A DNA stretch of 45,327 nucleotides from a virus (Duplodnaviria > Heunggongvirae > Uroviricota > Caudoviricetes): IMG/VR virus record IMGVR_UViG_2737471992_000006; one strand, 5' to 3'. Position 1 is the stretch's first letter; every line of letters begins with the position of its first letter. The translations under genes were made by a program, and so were the position numbers. Below are positions 1 to 10,421 of this stretch, one piece after another. The notes under the pieces are model-generated. The model was given only the letters and a program-made list of their open reading frames with translations. It searched no databases and was not told where the DNA came from.

Positions 1-1038
1 TTAACGCTTATCCGCCACCAGTTTGAGCGCGTGTTCCAGCACATTAATGTCTGCACCCGCTTTATGGGCATTTTCACTTAAATAACGTCGCCACTGCCGC
101 GCGCCAGGAATACCCTGGAACAAGCCCAGCATATGCCGGGTAATATGGCCGAGATACGTCCCCTGGCTGAGTTCACGCTCAATGTACGGATACATGGCGC
201 GCACTACCGCCACCGGATCGGCATCGGTATCCGAGGAACCAAAAATCTCTCGGTCTACCGCCGCCAGAATCCCCGGATTCTGATACGCCTCGCGCCCGAC
301 CATCACGCCATCCATATGTTGCAAATGCGCTTTAGCTTCTTCCAGCGACTTGATACCACCGTTAATCGACATCGTCAGATGCGGAAAGTCACGCTTCAGT
401 TGATACACACGCGGATAATCGAGCGGCGGGATCTCACGGTTTTCTTTCGGACTTAACCCAGAAAGCCAGGCTTTACGTGCGTGGATGATGAACATCTCAC
501 ACTCACCTTTGCCGGAAACGGTGTTGATGAAATCGCAGAGAAATTCATAGCTGTCCTGATCATCGATGCCAATACGCGTTTTCACCGTCACCGGAATCGA
601 CACCACATCGCGCATCGCTTTCACGCAGTCGGCAACCAGCTGCGCATTACCCATCAGACACGCACCAAACATGCCGTTCTGCACCCGGTCAGACGGGCAG
701 CCGACATTCAGGTTGATCTCATCATATCCGCGCGCTTCTGCCAGCTTCGCACACTGTGCCAGCGCCGCCGGATCGCTACCCCCGAGTTGCAACGCTACCG
801 GATGTTCTTCTTCACTGTACGCCAGGTAATCACCTTTACCGTGAATAATCGCCCCTGTGGTCACCATTTCGGTATACAGCAACGTATTGCGGGAAAGCAG
901 ACGCAGGAAATAACGGCAATGTCTGTCCGTCCAGTCAAGCATAGGAGCAATGCTAAACCGAGAATTCCAGTAAACACCATTTTTTTCAGGCATCACGCTG
1001 GTTTGATTAATTTTTTGTGTTTCATGATTATCGTGCAT
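1..1038 (-). CDS. dusA: tRNA-dihydrouridine synthase A (DusA)
   Basis: 345-aa ORF with the TIM-barrel Dus signature and full-length resemblance to E. coli DusA; ATG at 1038..1036, TAA at 3..1. Confidence 0.9.
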   Translation of the reverse strand: MHDNHETQKINQTSVMPEKNGVYWNSRFSIAPMLDWTDRHCRYFLRLLSRNTLLYTEMVTTGAIIHGKGDYLAYSEEEHPVALQLGGSDPAALAQCAKLAEARGYDEINLNVGCPSDRVQNGMFGACLMGNAQLVADCVKAMRDVVSIPVTVKTRIGIDDQDSYEFLCDFINTVSGKGECEMFIIHARKAWLSGLSPKENREIPPLDYPRVYQLKRDFPHLTMSINGGIKSLEEAKAHLQHMDGVMVGREAYQNPGILAAVDREIFGSSDTDADPVAVVRAMYPYIERELSQGTYLGHITRHMLGLFQGIPGARQWRRYLSENAHKAGADINVLEHALKLVADKR

Positions 1039-1126
1039 TTTTGAACATTTCAGGCTATTTTTCTCGCGTTAGGTTCCCGCACAGGTTCCCACGTTTTATG
1101 GGAACCCGAAATAACGAGGTCGTGTA

Positions 1127-2224
1127 ATGGCGTACTATAACATAGAGAAACGACTAAAATCCGATGGCACACCACGCTATCGCTGTAATGTGATTATCAA
1201 AGAAAAAGGGGTTATCACTTACAGGGAAAGCAAAACATTCCCTAAACATGCTCATGCCAAAACATGGGGCACACAGAAAGTGATGGAATTAGATCTACAT
1301 GGCATTCCATCATCAAATGCTGTTGACGGGCTTACAGTCCGTGACTTACTACGCAAATATTTAAATGACCCAAATGCCGGAGGTAAAGCAGGCCGTACTA
1401 AAAGATATGTGCTGGAACTACTTATGGATAGTGACATTTCTGCGATCAGACTATCTGAATTAACAGAAAATGACGTAATAGAACATTGCAGGTTGAGAAA
1501 CAACGCCGGTGCAGGTCCAGCTACTGTTAGCCACGATGTTAGTTATCTTGGCAGTGTTCTGGATGCAGCCAAACCTGTATACGGAATTAATTACACATCA
1601 AACCCAGCAAAAGCCGCTCGTCCATATCTACTTAAACTTGGTTTAATTGGTAAATCAAATCGTCGTAATCGTAGACCAGCATCTGATGAACTAGACATGC
1701 TCATTGAAGGCCTTCAACAACGATCTACTCATAAATGCTCAAAAATTCCGTTCGTTGATATCCTCAAATTTTCTGTGTGGTCCTGTATGCGAATCGGAGA
1801 AGTATGCCGGTTACGATGGGAAGATCTCGACCAGGAACAAAAATCTATACTAGTAAGAGACAGGAAAGATCCACGTAAAAAGGAAGGTAACCATATGAAA
1901 GTGGCCTTGCTTGGGGAAGCCTGGGATATCGTCCAACGACAACCCAAAAAATCTGAATTCATTTTTCCATACAACAGCACTTCTGTTACCGCAGGATTTC
2001 AGAGGGTAAGAAGCAAATTAGGTATTAAAGATCTGCGATACCATGATTTGCGTAGAGAAGGGGCAAGTCGCTTATTTGAGGCTGGTTTTAGTATTGAGGA
2101 AGTCGCCCAGGTTACAGGGCATCGTTCATTAAACGTGCTATGGCAGGTATATACCGAACTGTATCCAAAATCTTTACATAATCGTTTTGAAGAACTCCAA
2201 AGGAGCAGAAATAAGACCTCTTGA
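1127..2224 (+). CDS. int: dusA-associated tyrosine integrase (site-specific recombinase)
   Basis: 365 aa; C-terminal catalytic region with R..H..R..Y pattern (LRYHDLRREGASR ... GHRSLNVLWQVYTELY); GAGG Shine-Dalgarno before the ATG; transcribed divergently from the dusA 5' end. Confidence 0.85.
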   Translation: MAYYNIEKRLKSDGTPRYRCNVIIKEKGVITYRESKTFPKHAHAKTWGTQKVMELDLHGIPSSNAVDGLTVRDLLRKYLNDPNAGGKAGRTKRYVLELLMDSDISAIRLSELTENDVIEHCRLRNNAGAGPATVSHDVSYLGSVLDAAKPVYGINYTSNPAKAARPYLLKLGLIGKSNRRNRRPASDELDMLIEGLQQRSTHKCSKIPFVDILKFSVWSCMRIGEVCRLRWEDLDQEQKSILVRDRKDPRKKEGNHMKVALLGEAWDIVQRQPKKSEFIFPYNSTSVTAGFQRVRSKLGIKDLRYHDLRREGASRLFEAGFSIEEVAQVTGHRSLNVLWQVYTELYPKSLHNRFEELQRSRNKTS

Positions 2225-2249
2225 CACTGTTTATTCATACAGTTAAAAA
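2221..2249 (+). promoter_or_regulatory. sigma70-like promoter for dinI (TTGACA -35, 17-nt spacer, TAAAAA -10)
   Basis: Perfect TTGACA at 2221..2226; A/T-rich -10 candidate at 2244..2249; overlaps the LexA boxes. Confidence 0.35.
2225..2244. promoter_or_regulatory. LexA (SOS) box 1, CTGT-N8-ACAG
   Basis: cactgtttattcatacagtt: CTGT at 2227..2230, 8-nt spacer, ACAG at 2239..2242, inside the promoter spacer. Confidence 0.5.
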
Positions 2250-2252
2250 TAA

Positions 2253-2272
2253 TACTGTATACAAACACAGTA
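2253..2272. promoter_or_regulatory. LexA (SOS) box 2, near-consensus
   Basis: tactgtatacaaacacagta matches the TACTGT-N8-ACAGTA consensus; lies 14 nt upstream of the dinI ATG. Confidence 0.65.
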
Positions 2273-2285
2273 TAGAGGGATTTTT

Positions 2286-2534
2286 ATGCGTATTGAGATC
2301 TGCATAGCCAAAGAGAAAATGACTAAAATGCCAAACGGTGCTGTGGATGCGTTAAAGGAAGAATTAACTCGACGCATCAGTAAGCGTTATGACGATGTAG
2401 AGGTGATCGTAAAAGCCACCAGCAACGATGGCCTTTCTGTTACGCGCACCGCCGATAAAGATTCAGCTAAAACTTTTGTTCAGGAAACTCTGAAAGATAC
2501 CTGGGAGTCTGCTGACGAGTGGTTTGTTCATTAA
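2286..2534 (+). CDS. dinI: DinI-family DNA-damage-inducible protein (RecA modulator)
   Basis: 82 aa, acidic C-terminus typical of DinI; GAGGG Shine-Dalgarno; two LexA boxes upstream. Confidence 0.85.
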   Translation: MRIEICIAKEKMTKMPNGAVDALKEELTRRISKRYDDVEVIVKATSNDGLSVTRTADKDSAKTFVQETLKDTWESADEWFVH

Positions 2535-2600
2535 TTAATACGTAAAATCGATAACGGCTGGAAATCATTCAATACTCGCACTATCGGAAGTTCACCAGCC

Positions 2601-2640
2601 AGCCGCAGTATTCTGCCATGACAAGTTGCTGCGGCTTTTT
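2601..2640 (+). terminator. candidate intrinsic terminator after dinI
   Basis: Inverted repeat agccgcag / ctgcggct followed by TTTTT; the loop is long (20 nt), so the call is weak. Confidence 0.3.
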
Positions 2641-2644
2641 ATGT

Positions 2645-2932
2645 TTAACGGATAAACAGCCAGACCAGCAGACACGCCATCACCGGCACAGCAAAATCCA
2701 TCAGGCTTGCTACATCCCACACGCGCGGATCAAAACCGCCCCACCACGGCATATTCATACGCTTGCCATGTCCGAACATTTCAATCCAGCGATATTCTGC
2801 CTGGGTGTGTTCACGCGCAATGAAGAACGTACAACCGGCTATCGCCCCGTAAGCCCAGTTTCCGGTAAAAAGACCAGCCAGTACCTGCACCGCTATGGCA
2901 CAAAGCGCATGAAGTATCGACGTGATATCCAT
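2645..2932 (-). CDS. small hydrophobic membrane protein at the tail-fibre operon end (unknown function)
   Basis: 95 aa with hydrophobic segments at both ends; same strand and tight spacing after the stf-coupled ORF. Confidence 0.5.
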   Translation of the reverse strand: MDITSILHALCAIAVQVLAGLFTGNWAYGAIAGCTFFIAREHTQAEYRWIEMFGHGKRMNMPWWGGFDPRVWDVASLMDFAVPVMACLLVWLFIR

Positions 2933-2941
2933 CTGCTATCC

Positions 2942-3220
2942 TTAAAACCACTCCCTGAGCGGGCGCTCTGGTGTAACCACCCACTCACGGAACACGGAAT
3001 CATCAAATCCATCGTCAAGAAGACGGATATTAACAAAGTACCCTTCGTTTCGCGTGTATTCTGGTTCTCCGTCATCAGGAACATCTGTCTCCCTGAACGT
3101 AAAACCAATCTCATCAACCAGAACGGCATTCTGCAGCTCTTCGTCCTCTTCCCAGTTAAGTTTCCTGAGAAATGCCCTGAAATCTGCTTTATCACTGAAA
3201 CGCAACGTGAAATCTCTCAC
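2942..3220 (-). CDS. hypothetical acidic protein translationally coupled to stf (possible fibre chaperone or accessory protein)
   Basis: 92 aa; GTG start at 3220 overlaps the stf TGA (GTGA); it sits where lambda has tfa but does not resemble lambda Tfa. Confidence 0.45.
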   Translation of the reverse strand: MRDFTLRFSDKADFRAFLRKLNWEEDEELQNAVLVDEIGFTFRETDVPDDGEPEYTRNEGYFVNIRLLDDGFDDSVFREWVVTPERPLREWF

Positions 3221-5283
3221 TCCACAACCTCCCCAAGCTGCGCATCTGTTAGCTCTTTATGCCAGAGACGAAAATTCCTCACATGCCCAAATAAATGGCG
3301 TAATCCTGCTGTAGTTTGTCCACCAATGCGAATGGTTGCTGTACTCCGGATATATTCCCATTTGGTTTTAGTTTCGCTGCTTAACTTACCGTTACTGACT
3401 ACACATGTGGACCGTTCGGACTTTACCCGCATACCAATAAGCATTTTTTCCAGCCCGGCATTTTCATTTATTCGTCGGTCTGAACCACCTATATCGCAAT
3501 ACGGAAAACCGTCGTACCCACCTGATGAACCAAACCCCATTACGATCCCCGCTCCGGTTTGATGACCGCCGGTATCAAAAACACGCGGCGCTACATTTGG
3601 CGTTTTATACCAGTTCTTATGTACCTCACAAAGAACCGTAAAAGGAAGATTATAAAGGTTATTCTTGATTGGGACTGTCACCATATCGCTTGCCCGCGTT
3701 GCCGGTGTCGTCCCCGTAACAATAAAAGATGATGTGCCTGTACCAGCCTCAATCTGTGGAGTGGTTACATCGAGATAATCCCCTGATGCAACCATCTGCC
3801 CTGTATCCGGAGAATACTGGACAAAACCACCAACCGTATTTTCTGTTGTATCTGCTTTTAATGTAGCCTCAAAAAATATCCAGCCAGTTGCATCATCCTT
3901 AACAGACCTTGCTGTAACACGGCTTGTCTGACCTGTCTTGCTAATTATGCGGGTGGTAAGGTTCAGGTTTGCTGCTCCTATTGATGTCCTTACCTCCCCA
4001 TCATAATGTTCAAATAAAATACGAACGGCGATATTATCAACTTCACTTTTTACCCGACAGGATATAGTTACATGCTTTTCGTCCCCTGAAGTATCAACCC
4101 CTCCGGTACTCGAATACAGTCCGATAATGGTATGCGCTTTACTTGTACCAACAATCGAATCCTGTACGACAAACCGGCCATAATTAAACCCGAAACTATC
4201 TGTGCCTGTTTCTGTAACGTCCAGTGAAGTTGACTTATTCCACTTCGAAGGGTCTGTACTGTTCTGGAAGAAGTTCGTTCTTTGTCCCTCAATAAGCAGG
4301 CCATCACACTCAAATCGCGGCTCATTAATTTCCGCCGTTTTCAGTTCGCCAGATTTGTTGATATATGTTGCCGTTGATGCGCGACTGAAATTAACCTGTT
4401 TATCACTGGCAACCTGAACCACATTATCACCAATCTTCACTTTTTTATAACCCGGAGAATAGCCCGTAATCATATCCAGCGAATCATTAAAGGGTATCCA
4501 CACATCCGGCAGCGGCTGTAAAACATATCTGTACGGCTCTGCTGTCTGGTTTGCGTATTCTCTGGCAGCATCTTCACTTGCTTTTGCTGCCGTCTGGCTT
4601 GCTGCCGATGCTTTCGCCGAGTTCGCCGCCGCTGTTTCGCTCACCTTTGCGTTGGCTTCACTGTCTTTGGCATTCGTCTCACTGGTTTTCGCTGCCGTCT
4701 GGCTGGATTTTGCGTTTTTTTCGCTGGCCTTTGTGGCTGTCTCGCTATTTTTCGCGCTGGTTTCTGATTTTTTGGCTGCTGTCGCGGAGTTTGCCGATGC
4801 AGTCTGCGAGGCCGCTGCCGCCTGTGCGCTGTTAGCTGCATTCGTTTCTGAGGTTTTCGCCGCATTCTTCGATGAGGCTGCTGCCGTTTCGGATTTCTTT
4901 GCCGCCGCTGCACTCTGTGATGACGCTCCGGCATGACGTGCCACTTCATTCACCATCAGCTCAAAACGGCGCAGTGCCTCCGGACGGGCATCATCCTCCG
5001 TCATGGCACCGAGAAAATCATTCAGCGTACCTGGTCTGGAACCTTCATAGACGGTAATGGTCCCGGCATGTGAAGGTGGAAAACCTTCAACCAGCAGGGT
5101 GACGCTGTACTGACCATGCTCAACATCCATGCTGTAACGCCCGGCTTCATCCGGATTTTCAGAGGCCACCGTGTTCACCAGTACCGTGGTGCTGTTACGC
5201 TTTGCCTTCAGTTGAATAGTGCAGTTCTGTATTGGTTTTCCCGCACCATCTTTCAGCACACCTGAGATTTTTACTGCTGCCAT
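3217..5283 (-). CDS. stf: side tail fibre protein (lambda Stf-like N-terminus, divergent C-terminal receptor-binding region)
   Basis: N-terminal ~120 aa closely resemble lambda Stf (MAAVKISGVLKDG...TITVYEGSRPGTLNDFL); ATG at 5283 preceded by GGAG; central Ala/Ser/Thr/Lys repeats; C-terminus resembles a lectin/LamG-like jelly-roll (my reading). Confidence 0.85.
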   Translation of the reverse strand: MAAVKISGVLKDGAGKPIQNCTIQLKAKRNSTTVLVNTVASENPDEAGRYSMDVEHGQYSVTLLVEGFPPSHAGTITVYEGSRPGTLNDFLGAMTEDDARPEALRRFELMVNEVARHAGASSQSAAAAKKSETAAASSKNAAKTSETNAANSAQAAAASQTASANSATAAKKSETSAKNSETATKASEKNAKSSQTAAKTSETNAKDSEANAKVSETAAANSAKASAASQTAAKASEDAAREYANQTAEPYRYVLQPLPDVWIPFNDSLDMITGYSPGYKKVKIGDNVVQVASDKQVNFSRASTATYINKSGELKTAEINEPRFECDGLLIEGQRTNFFQNSTDPSKWNKSTSLDVTETGTDSFGFNYGRFVVQDSIVGTSKAHTIIGLYSSTGGVDTSGDEKHVTISCRVKSEVDNIAVRILFEHYDGEVRTSIGAANLNLTTRIISKTGQTSRVTARSVKDDATGWIFFEATLKADTTENTVGGFVQYSPDTGQMVASGDYLDVTTPQIEAGTGTSSFIVTGTTPATRASDMVTVPIKNNLYNLPFTVLCEVHKNWYKTPNVAPRVFDTGGHQTGAGIVMGFGSSGGYDGFPYCDIGGSDRRINENAGLEKMLIGMRVKSERSTCVVSNGKLSSETKTKWEYIRSTATIRIGGQTTAGLRHLFGHVRNFRLWHKELTDAQLGEVVE
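4560..4950. repeat. in-frame tandem repeats encoding the KxSExxAxxS shaft of Stf
   Basis: Reiterated gc-rich units produce long spurious ORFs in all other frames here. Confidence 0.6.
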
Positions 5284-5347
5284 ATCCACTCCACAAAAAA
5301 GCCCGCCTGAACCGGCGGGCTGTCATAACACTGTGTTACCTGGCTAA

Positions 5348-5947
5348 TCAGAACTTATAACCGACACCCACGATGAAACCGTCAGCGCGCCAGTCGCCAC
5401 TGCCGGAGCCTTCATAAGCAATATCAATGGCCACGGATTCGGTCGGGTTAAACTGCACGCCAGCCCCCCACGCCAGAGACGTGTTGCTGTGGCGATCGTC
5501 ATCACTTCCGGTCAGCACGTCGTGCGTTTTCCCCTTGTTGTCAGTTACGCGGAGATAATCCCCGGAGAACGTCGAAACACGGCTGTAAGCCACACCAGCC
5601 ATCGCATACGCGCTGAACCATTCATTCACGCGCACAGACGGCCCCGCCATTACGCTGAACCAGCGGTTACGCACGGAATCTTCATGCCAGCGGGTATCGC
5701 TGTAGTGCGTTTTTTTCTCATCTTCAGCATTGGCATAACTGAAGGACGTAATCAGCCCCAGCGTGTCCGTAAACTCATAACGGTATTTCACGTTAATCCC
5801 GTTCAGATTATCGCTGCCGGGAGCGTTCGTACGGGCATGAAGATACCCTGTGCTCAGTGTGGACTGATGTTCAGACGCCCATGCAGGCGCACCGGATACG
5901 GACAGACAGATGGCTGCGGACAAAATGGCTGCACAAACTTTACGCAT
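5348..5947 (-). CDS. lom: Lom outer-membrane protein (Ail/Lom family)
   Basis: 199 aa, near-identical in pattern to lambda Lom (signal peptide, ...GFIVGVGYKF end). Confidence 0.9.
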   Translation of the reverse strand: MRKVCAAILSAAICLSVSGAPAWASEHQSTLSTGYLHARTNAPGSDNLNGINVKYRYEFTDTLGLITSFSYANAEDEKKTHYSDTRWHEDSVRNRWFSVMAGPSVRVNEWFSAYAMAGVAYSRVSTFSGDYLRVTDNKGKTHDVLTGSDDDRHSNTSLAWGAGVQFNPTESVAIDIAYEGSGSGDWRADGFIVGVGYKF

Positions 5948-6014
5948 AATTACCTCTCGCTTTTCTGCAATAAAAAAGGCACCATTTCTGGCGCCCGTAT
6001 TGGGGTTATAAAAT

Positions 6015-9000
6015 TCAGCTAATCGTGATGCCTGCAGTGGCTTTCTTCATCACAACAACCAGCAAATCGCTGATACTTGCTGTGGGATACCAGCCATTTA
6101 CCCACCATGCTGATACAGAAAACTCCAGCGTCATGTGGCCGCGACCAGCAGGCATATCAATAACACCACTGTAAACCAGCGTATTATCCAGCGCGGTACG
6201 GTTATAAATTTCAGCACCGTTTTTCTTCACTATCAGGCGGCATGACGAATAAGTATCGCTGTTCTCCTGCTCATGTCTGGCACCGCTGAAAGCCACCGCC
6301 GGAATAACAATCTGCCGGTTAAACGGCTGATCGTCATAAACCCTGACGGTAATGGTTCCTGATGGCCAACGCTTCGGTGCACGGGAGTCACGAGGGAAAG
6401 CCTTACCCACTGTTTTAACGAGATCGCCTTCAATCTGGTTTGCAGACAGTTTCCCTCTGATGACACAGTTCTCGTTAATGGTGACATTATTGAGCGTGCC
6501 GGTATTCGCCGTGATGGCTCCACTGATATCCGCATTGCGGGCTGTCAGCCTGCCATCCGGCGTCAGGGAAAACGTAGGAGGATTGCCGGATGACGTGATG
6601 CTCACCGCAAACAGTCGCTTCAGGAACACGTCGTTCATGAACAGCTGATTCCCCTGCGCCACAAACAGCGGCGTGGTGTTGCCGTTCTCCGGGGTAATCA
6701 TCGCGATACGGTCCGCCTGCAGCAGAATACTGCTCAGCGTCTGACCATCAACATCCTCAATCCCCGCGCCAATCCCGGCCACATAGGGAATACCGTTTTT
6801 TGTTTTCTGCACCTTCAGCATATACATGGCATTCAGCTCATTGCGCGTGTCTGACTGAACCCGCTGGATTTGCTGTATGGTCACGGCCTGGTCACCCAGC
6901 TTTTTATCCGTGGTCGAGGTAATTTCACTCCCTTTTTTATCCACGTACTGGCGGACCTGTGCTATCTGTCGGGCGTTTTCTGACTGCCCCTGGCTGACAG
7001 TCTGTGAGATTTCACTGCTCACCCGGTCCACTTTCTGGCTCACCTGCGCGATGGCCAGTGTCTGGTCCTCATTCTTTTTCGCAACCAGCTGCGTGAGGCT
7101 GTTTTCCGCCTTCCCGATTTTCCGGGTCACTTCTGCGATATCCGTGTCCATCCGCTGACGGATATCTTCTTCCAGTTGCGTGACCTCCGTACGCAGCGCT
7201 GAAGCATCAATGCGCTCTTTCAGTGCCTGGCCCAGAAGCGTCTCATCTATCAGCCCCCGGAAAATTTCCAGATACCCTTCACCATCATTGCTGGGCTGCC
7301 CGCTGGCTTCCACAAAAGCAGATTTTCCCACCAGGTTGACGCTTCGCACGTAAAACCAGAAATCCGTCCCCGGCTTAATCCGGCTCCCCTGGACAGTCCA
7401 CTGACTGCCGGTCCCCAGATAACGGGCAGATTTTTCCACCTGTGCTGTGTTCGTGATGCGTTTTTCTGAGAACCAGAATTCAAACTGTACCGTCGGGTCA
7501 TACACCGCAAGACGCGGGACCGCCGTTATCTGAAAATACCCCGGCGTCAGCTCAATGGTGGCGGGTTTTGCAGGTGCGTTAATCCGGAACGATACCGACG
7601 CCGGATCGCCCTGCTGTCCCCGGGCATTTACCGCCCGGACCGTCAGCGTGTAACGCCCCAGCGCCAGCTGCCTGAAGCGGTAAGTGGTTTCCGCCGTCCG
7701 GGCCGTGCTGACCAGCCGCTCACTGCCGTCATCCGCTGTTACGGTCAGACGGAGCAGGAAGCTCACGCCCTTCACCACCTTCGGCGTGTCCCAGCGCGCC
7801 AGCACCTGATATTCCCCGCTGTCTGCGGTAACTTCGGCGGTCAGGTGCTGCACCGCTGGCGGCGTGACACCATTCACCGTGCCGCTCTGGTCGCCGTCAA
7901 AGTGCGCCCCGTTATCCACGATGGCCTCTTTTGCCGGTACATGCTGCACGGCGGTGATGGCATGCGTACCGTCGTCATTCTCACGGATACTCACACAGCG
8001 GAACAGGCGCTGGCGCAGCGTCGGCAGCTTCAGCCCCCACACGCTGTATCCGGCAACGCCGTCAGGAACACGGCTCACTTTCACCTTCACACCGTCGGTG
8101 ACGGACTGGACCTCCACGCTGACCGGATTCCCACTTCCGTCAACCAGGCTTATCAGCGTGGTGCCGGAGGATGACAGCATGATTTCACGGTCGAGCGTCA
8201 GCGTCCGGGTCTGGCTGTTCACCGCCAGCACGCGACCACCGGTGCTGATACCGGCATAGTCATCATCACAGATTTCAATGACATCGCCCGGCACATGGCG
8301 AAGCCCTTCAGCACCCACGCTGAAGTCCACGGTCTGCGTTTCCAGCAGCTCTGTTTTAATCAGCCACAGCCCGGCGCGGTGTGCCTGCCCCCGGCTGGTA
8401 CAGCCAAAGGCATCCATCTTCGTGACATTACGACCGTAACGGGCAATGGCCCGCGTGTCCTCCACAAGCTCTGTCGCCGTCTCCCAGCCGTTATCCGGAT
8501 CAATCCAGTTCACCTCAACGGCATTATGACGGTCCTTCAGGGCGCTGAAGCTGTAGCGGAACGGCGCGCCATCATCCGGCATCACCACATTACTGCGGTT
8601 ATAGGTCCACACCTTATCCGACGGTCGGTCCTGCACGAACGTCAGCGTCTGCCCGTTCCATACCGGCATACAGCGCATCGCCGAGCAGAAATCACTGAGC
8701 ACATCCCACGCCTTGCGCTGTGTGGTCAGGTAAGCGTTACAGGTGATGCGCGGCTCCGTGCCACCAAAGCCATCCGGCACTGACTGGTCGCAGTACTGGC
8801 CGATGACATACAGCGCCCATTTATCCACATCCGCCGCACCAAGACGTTTCCCCATGCCGTAGCGCGGGTGGGTCAGCATATCCCACAGACACCATGCCAT
8901 GTTGTTGCTGTATGCTGGCTTAAACGTTCCGTCCCAGATACCGCTGTATTGCCGCGTCTGCGGGTTATAGTTCGACGGCACCTGCAGAATGCGCCCGCGA

Positions 9001-9713
9001 AGATGATAATTACGGCTCACCTGCTGGCTGCCGAACTGCTCCGAGTCCACCTGCACGCCGACCAGTGCCGTGTTCGGGTAGCACTGTTTCACATCGATGA
9101 TTTCGGTGTATGACGACCAGAGCGTTTTGTTCTGCAGCTGGTCTGTGGTGCTGTCCGGCGTCATCCTGCGCATCCGGATATTAAACGGGCGCGGCGGCAG
9201 GTTACCCACCACCACCGAGGCCAGATACTGCGAGGTGGTTTTGCCCTTAATGGTGATGTCTTTTTCCGTCACCCAGCCACCGTTACGCTGTATCTGAACC
9301 AGCAGGCGGACTTCCGACGGATTCCTGTCACCCTTTGAGGTGGTTTCCACCAGTGCCTGCACGCCGAAAGTAAAACGCAGTCGGTCAATGTTTGCCGACG
9401 TGATGGCCCGGGTGATCGGCGTGTCATATTTCACTTCCGTACCCAGCACCGTCTCGGAGCCGGAGGATTCAAATCCCTCCGGCGGAGTCTGCTCCTGCTC
9501 ACCTGCCCGGAACACCACCGTGACACCGGAGATGTTGGTATTCCCCTCAGTGTCCAGCACCGGCGTACTGTTCAGCAGCACGCTTTTTAATCCATCCACC
9601 GGACCTTCAATCGGCCCTTCACTGATGGCATCAATCACACTCAGCAACTGCGTAGATTTCAGGTTGTCCTTCGCTTCGCGCGGGGTATGCCCCTTACTGC
9701 TGCCTTTACCCAT
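6015..9713 (-). CDS. J: host-specificity / central tail fibre protein J
   Basis: 1232 aa, collinear with lambda gpJ from [15 protein letters not shown] through the C-terminal receptor-binding region. Confidence 0.9.
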   Translation of the reverse strand: MGKGSSKGHTPREAKDNLKSTQLLSVIDAISEGPIEGPVDGLKSVLLNSTPVLDTEGNTNISGVTVVFRAGEQEQTPPEGFESSGSETVLGTEVKYDTPITRAITSANIDRLRFTFGVQALVETTSKGDRNPSEVRLLVQIQRNGGWVTEKDITIKGKTTSQYLASVVVGNLPPRPFNIRMRRMTPDSTTDQLQNKTLWSSYTEIIDVKQCYPNTALVGVQVDSEQFGSQQVSRNYHLRGRILQVPSNYNPQTRQYSGIWDGTFKPAYSNNMAWCLWDMLTHPRYGMGKRLGAADVDKWALYVIGQYCDQSVPDGFGGTEPRITCNAYLTTQRKAWDVLSDFCSAMRCMPVWNGQTLTFVQDRPSDKVWTYNRSNVVMPDDGAPFRYSFSALKDRHNAVEVNWIDPDNGWETATELVEDTRAIARYGRNVTKMDAFGCTSRGQAHRAGLWLIKTELLETQTVDFSVGAEGLRHVPGDVIEICDDDYAGISTGGRVLAVNSQTRTLTLDREIMLSSSGTTLISLVDGSGNPVSVEVQSVTDGVKVKVSRVPDGVAGYSVWGLKLPTLRQRLFRCVSIRENDDGTHAITAVQHVPAKEAIVDNGAHFDGDQSGTVNGVTPPAVQHLTAEVTADSGEYQVLARWDTPKVVKGVSFLLRLTVTADDGSERLVSTARTAETTYRFRQLALGRYTLTVRAVNARGQQGDPASVSFRINAPAKPATIELTPGYFQITAVPRLAVYDPTVQFEFWFSEKRITNTAQVEKSARYLGTGSQWTVQGSRIKPGTDFWFYVRSVNLVGKSAFVEASGQPSNDGEGYLEIFRGLIDETLLGQALKERIDASALRTEVTQLEEDIRQRMDTDIAEVTRKIGKAENSLTQLVAKKNEDQTLAIAQVSQKVDRVSSEISQTVSQGQSENARQIAQVRQYVDKKGSEITSTTDKKLGDQAVTIQQIQRVQSDTRNELNAMYMLKVQKTKNGIPYVAGIGAGIEDVDGQTLSSILLQADRIAMITPENGNTTPLFVAQGNQLFMNDVFLKRLFAVSITSSGNPPTFSLTPDGRLTARNADISGAITANTGTLNNVTINENCVIRGKLSANQIEGDLVKTVGKAFPRDSRAPKRWPSGTITVRVYDDQPFNRQIVIPAVAFSGARHEQENSDTYSSCRLIVKKNGAEIYNRTALDNTLVYSGVIDMPAGRGHMTLEFSVSAWWVNGWYPTASISDLLVVVMKKATAGITIS

Positions 9714-9773
9714 TCGTCATGCTCCATAAACGACAAAACCGCCCGGAGGCGGTTTCACATAAAACATTTTGCA

Positions 9774-10421
9774 TCAGCGACCAATCACCACAACCTGACC
9801 ACCGTCCCCTTCGTCTGCCGTGCTGATCTCCTGAGAAACTACCCGCGACCCCACACGCATTTCACCGTACAGAACAGGCAAAACATTGCCCTGAGCAACC
9901 ATGTTATCCAGTGAGGAAAAATAGGTGTTCTGTTTGCCGTTATCTGTACTGGCTGCCGTGGACGTCCTGGCTTTCGGTGCCAGCATCTGCGCCACACCGC
10001 CCAGGATCATACTGGCCCCTGCCGCATACATGCCCGATACAGCCGCGGCACCCAGCCAGCCCACAGGGTTCCACCATGCCACCGCAATCAACGCCGCCCC
10101 CAGCACCACCTGAAACACACCGCCACTTTTAGCTCCCGCCAGACGCGGCACGATATGGATCACGGCACCATTTGCCAGCGGCTCATTAAGACGGGCAGAT
10201 AATTCGGTTTCACCTGCATCACGCCCGGCAATGCGCACCTGATACCAGCCGTCATTCAGTTTCTGACGAAACGCCGGGAGCTGTGTGGCCAGCGCCCGGA
10301 TGGCTTCGGCCCCCGTTTTCACACGAAGGTCGATGCGGCGGCCAAATCGTTGCAAATCCCCGTAAAGGCAGATGCGTGCCATGCCCGGTGACGCCAGAGG
10401 GAGTGTGTGCGTCGCTGCCAT
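9774..10421 (-). CDS. I: tail assembly protein I
   Basis: 215 aa, lambda gpI-like N- and C-termini (MAATHTLPLASPGMARICLYGDLQRF ... GGQVVVIGR). Confidence 0.85.
   Translation of the reverse strand: MAATHTLPLASPGMARICLYGDLQRFGRRIDLRVKTGAEAIRALATQLPAFRQKLNDGWYQVRIAGRDAGETELSARLNEPLANGAVIHIVPRLAGAKSGGVFQVVLGAALIAVAWWNPVGWLGAAAVSGMYAAGASMILGGVAQMLAPKARTSTAASTDNGKQNTYFSSLDNMVAQGNVLPVLYGEMRVGSRVVSQEISTADEGDGGQVVVIGR

Noticed and set aside
4551-4949. Three long overlapping ORFs (94, 102, 94 aa) on both strands inside stf
   Set aside because: They lie within the in-frame tandem repeats of the tail-fibre shaft; their low-complexity products (Pro/Arg/Leu-rich) are frame artefacts of the repeat.
7845-9297. 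Plus-strand ORFs of 60-160 aa antisense to J
   Set aside because: They are entirely inside the well-supported J gene, have no ribosome-binding sites and encode Arg/His-rich low-complexity products.
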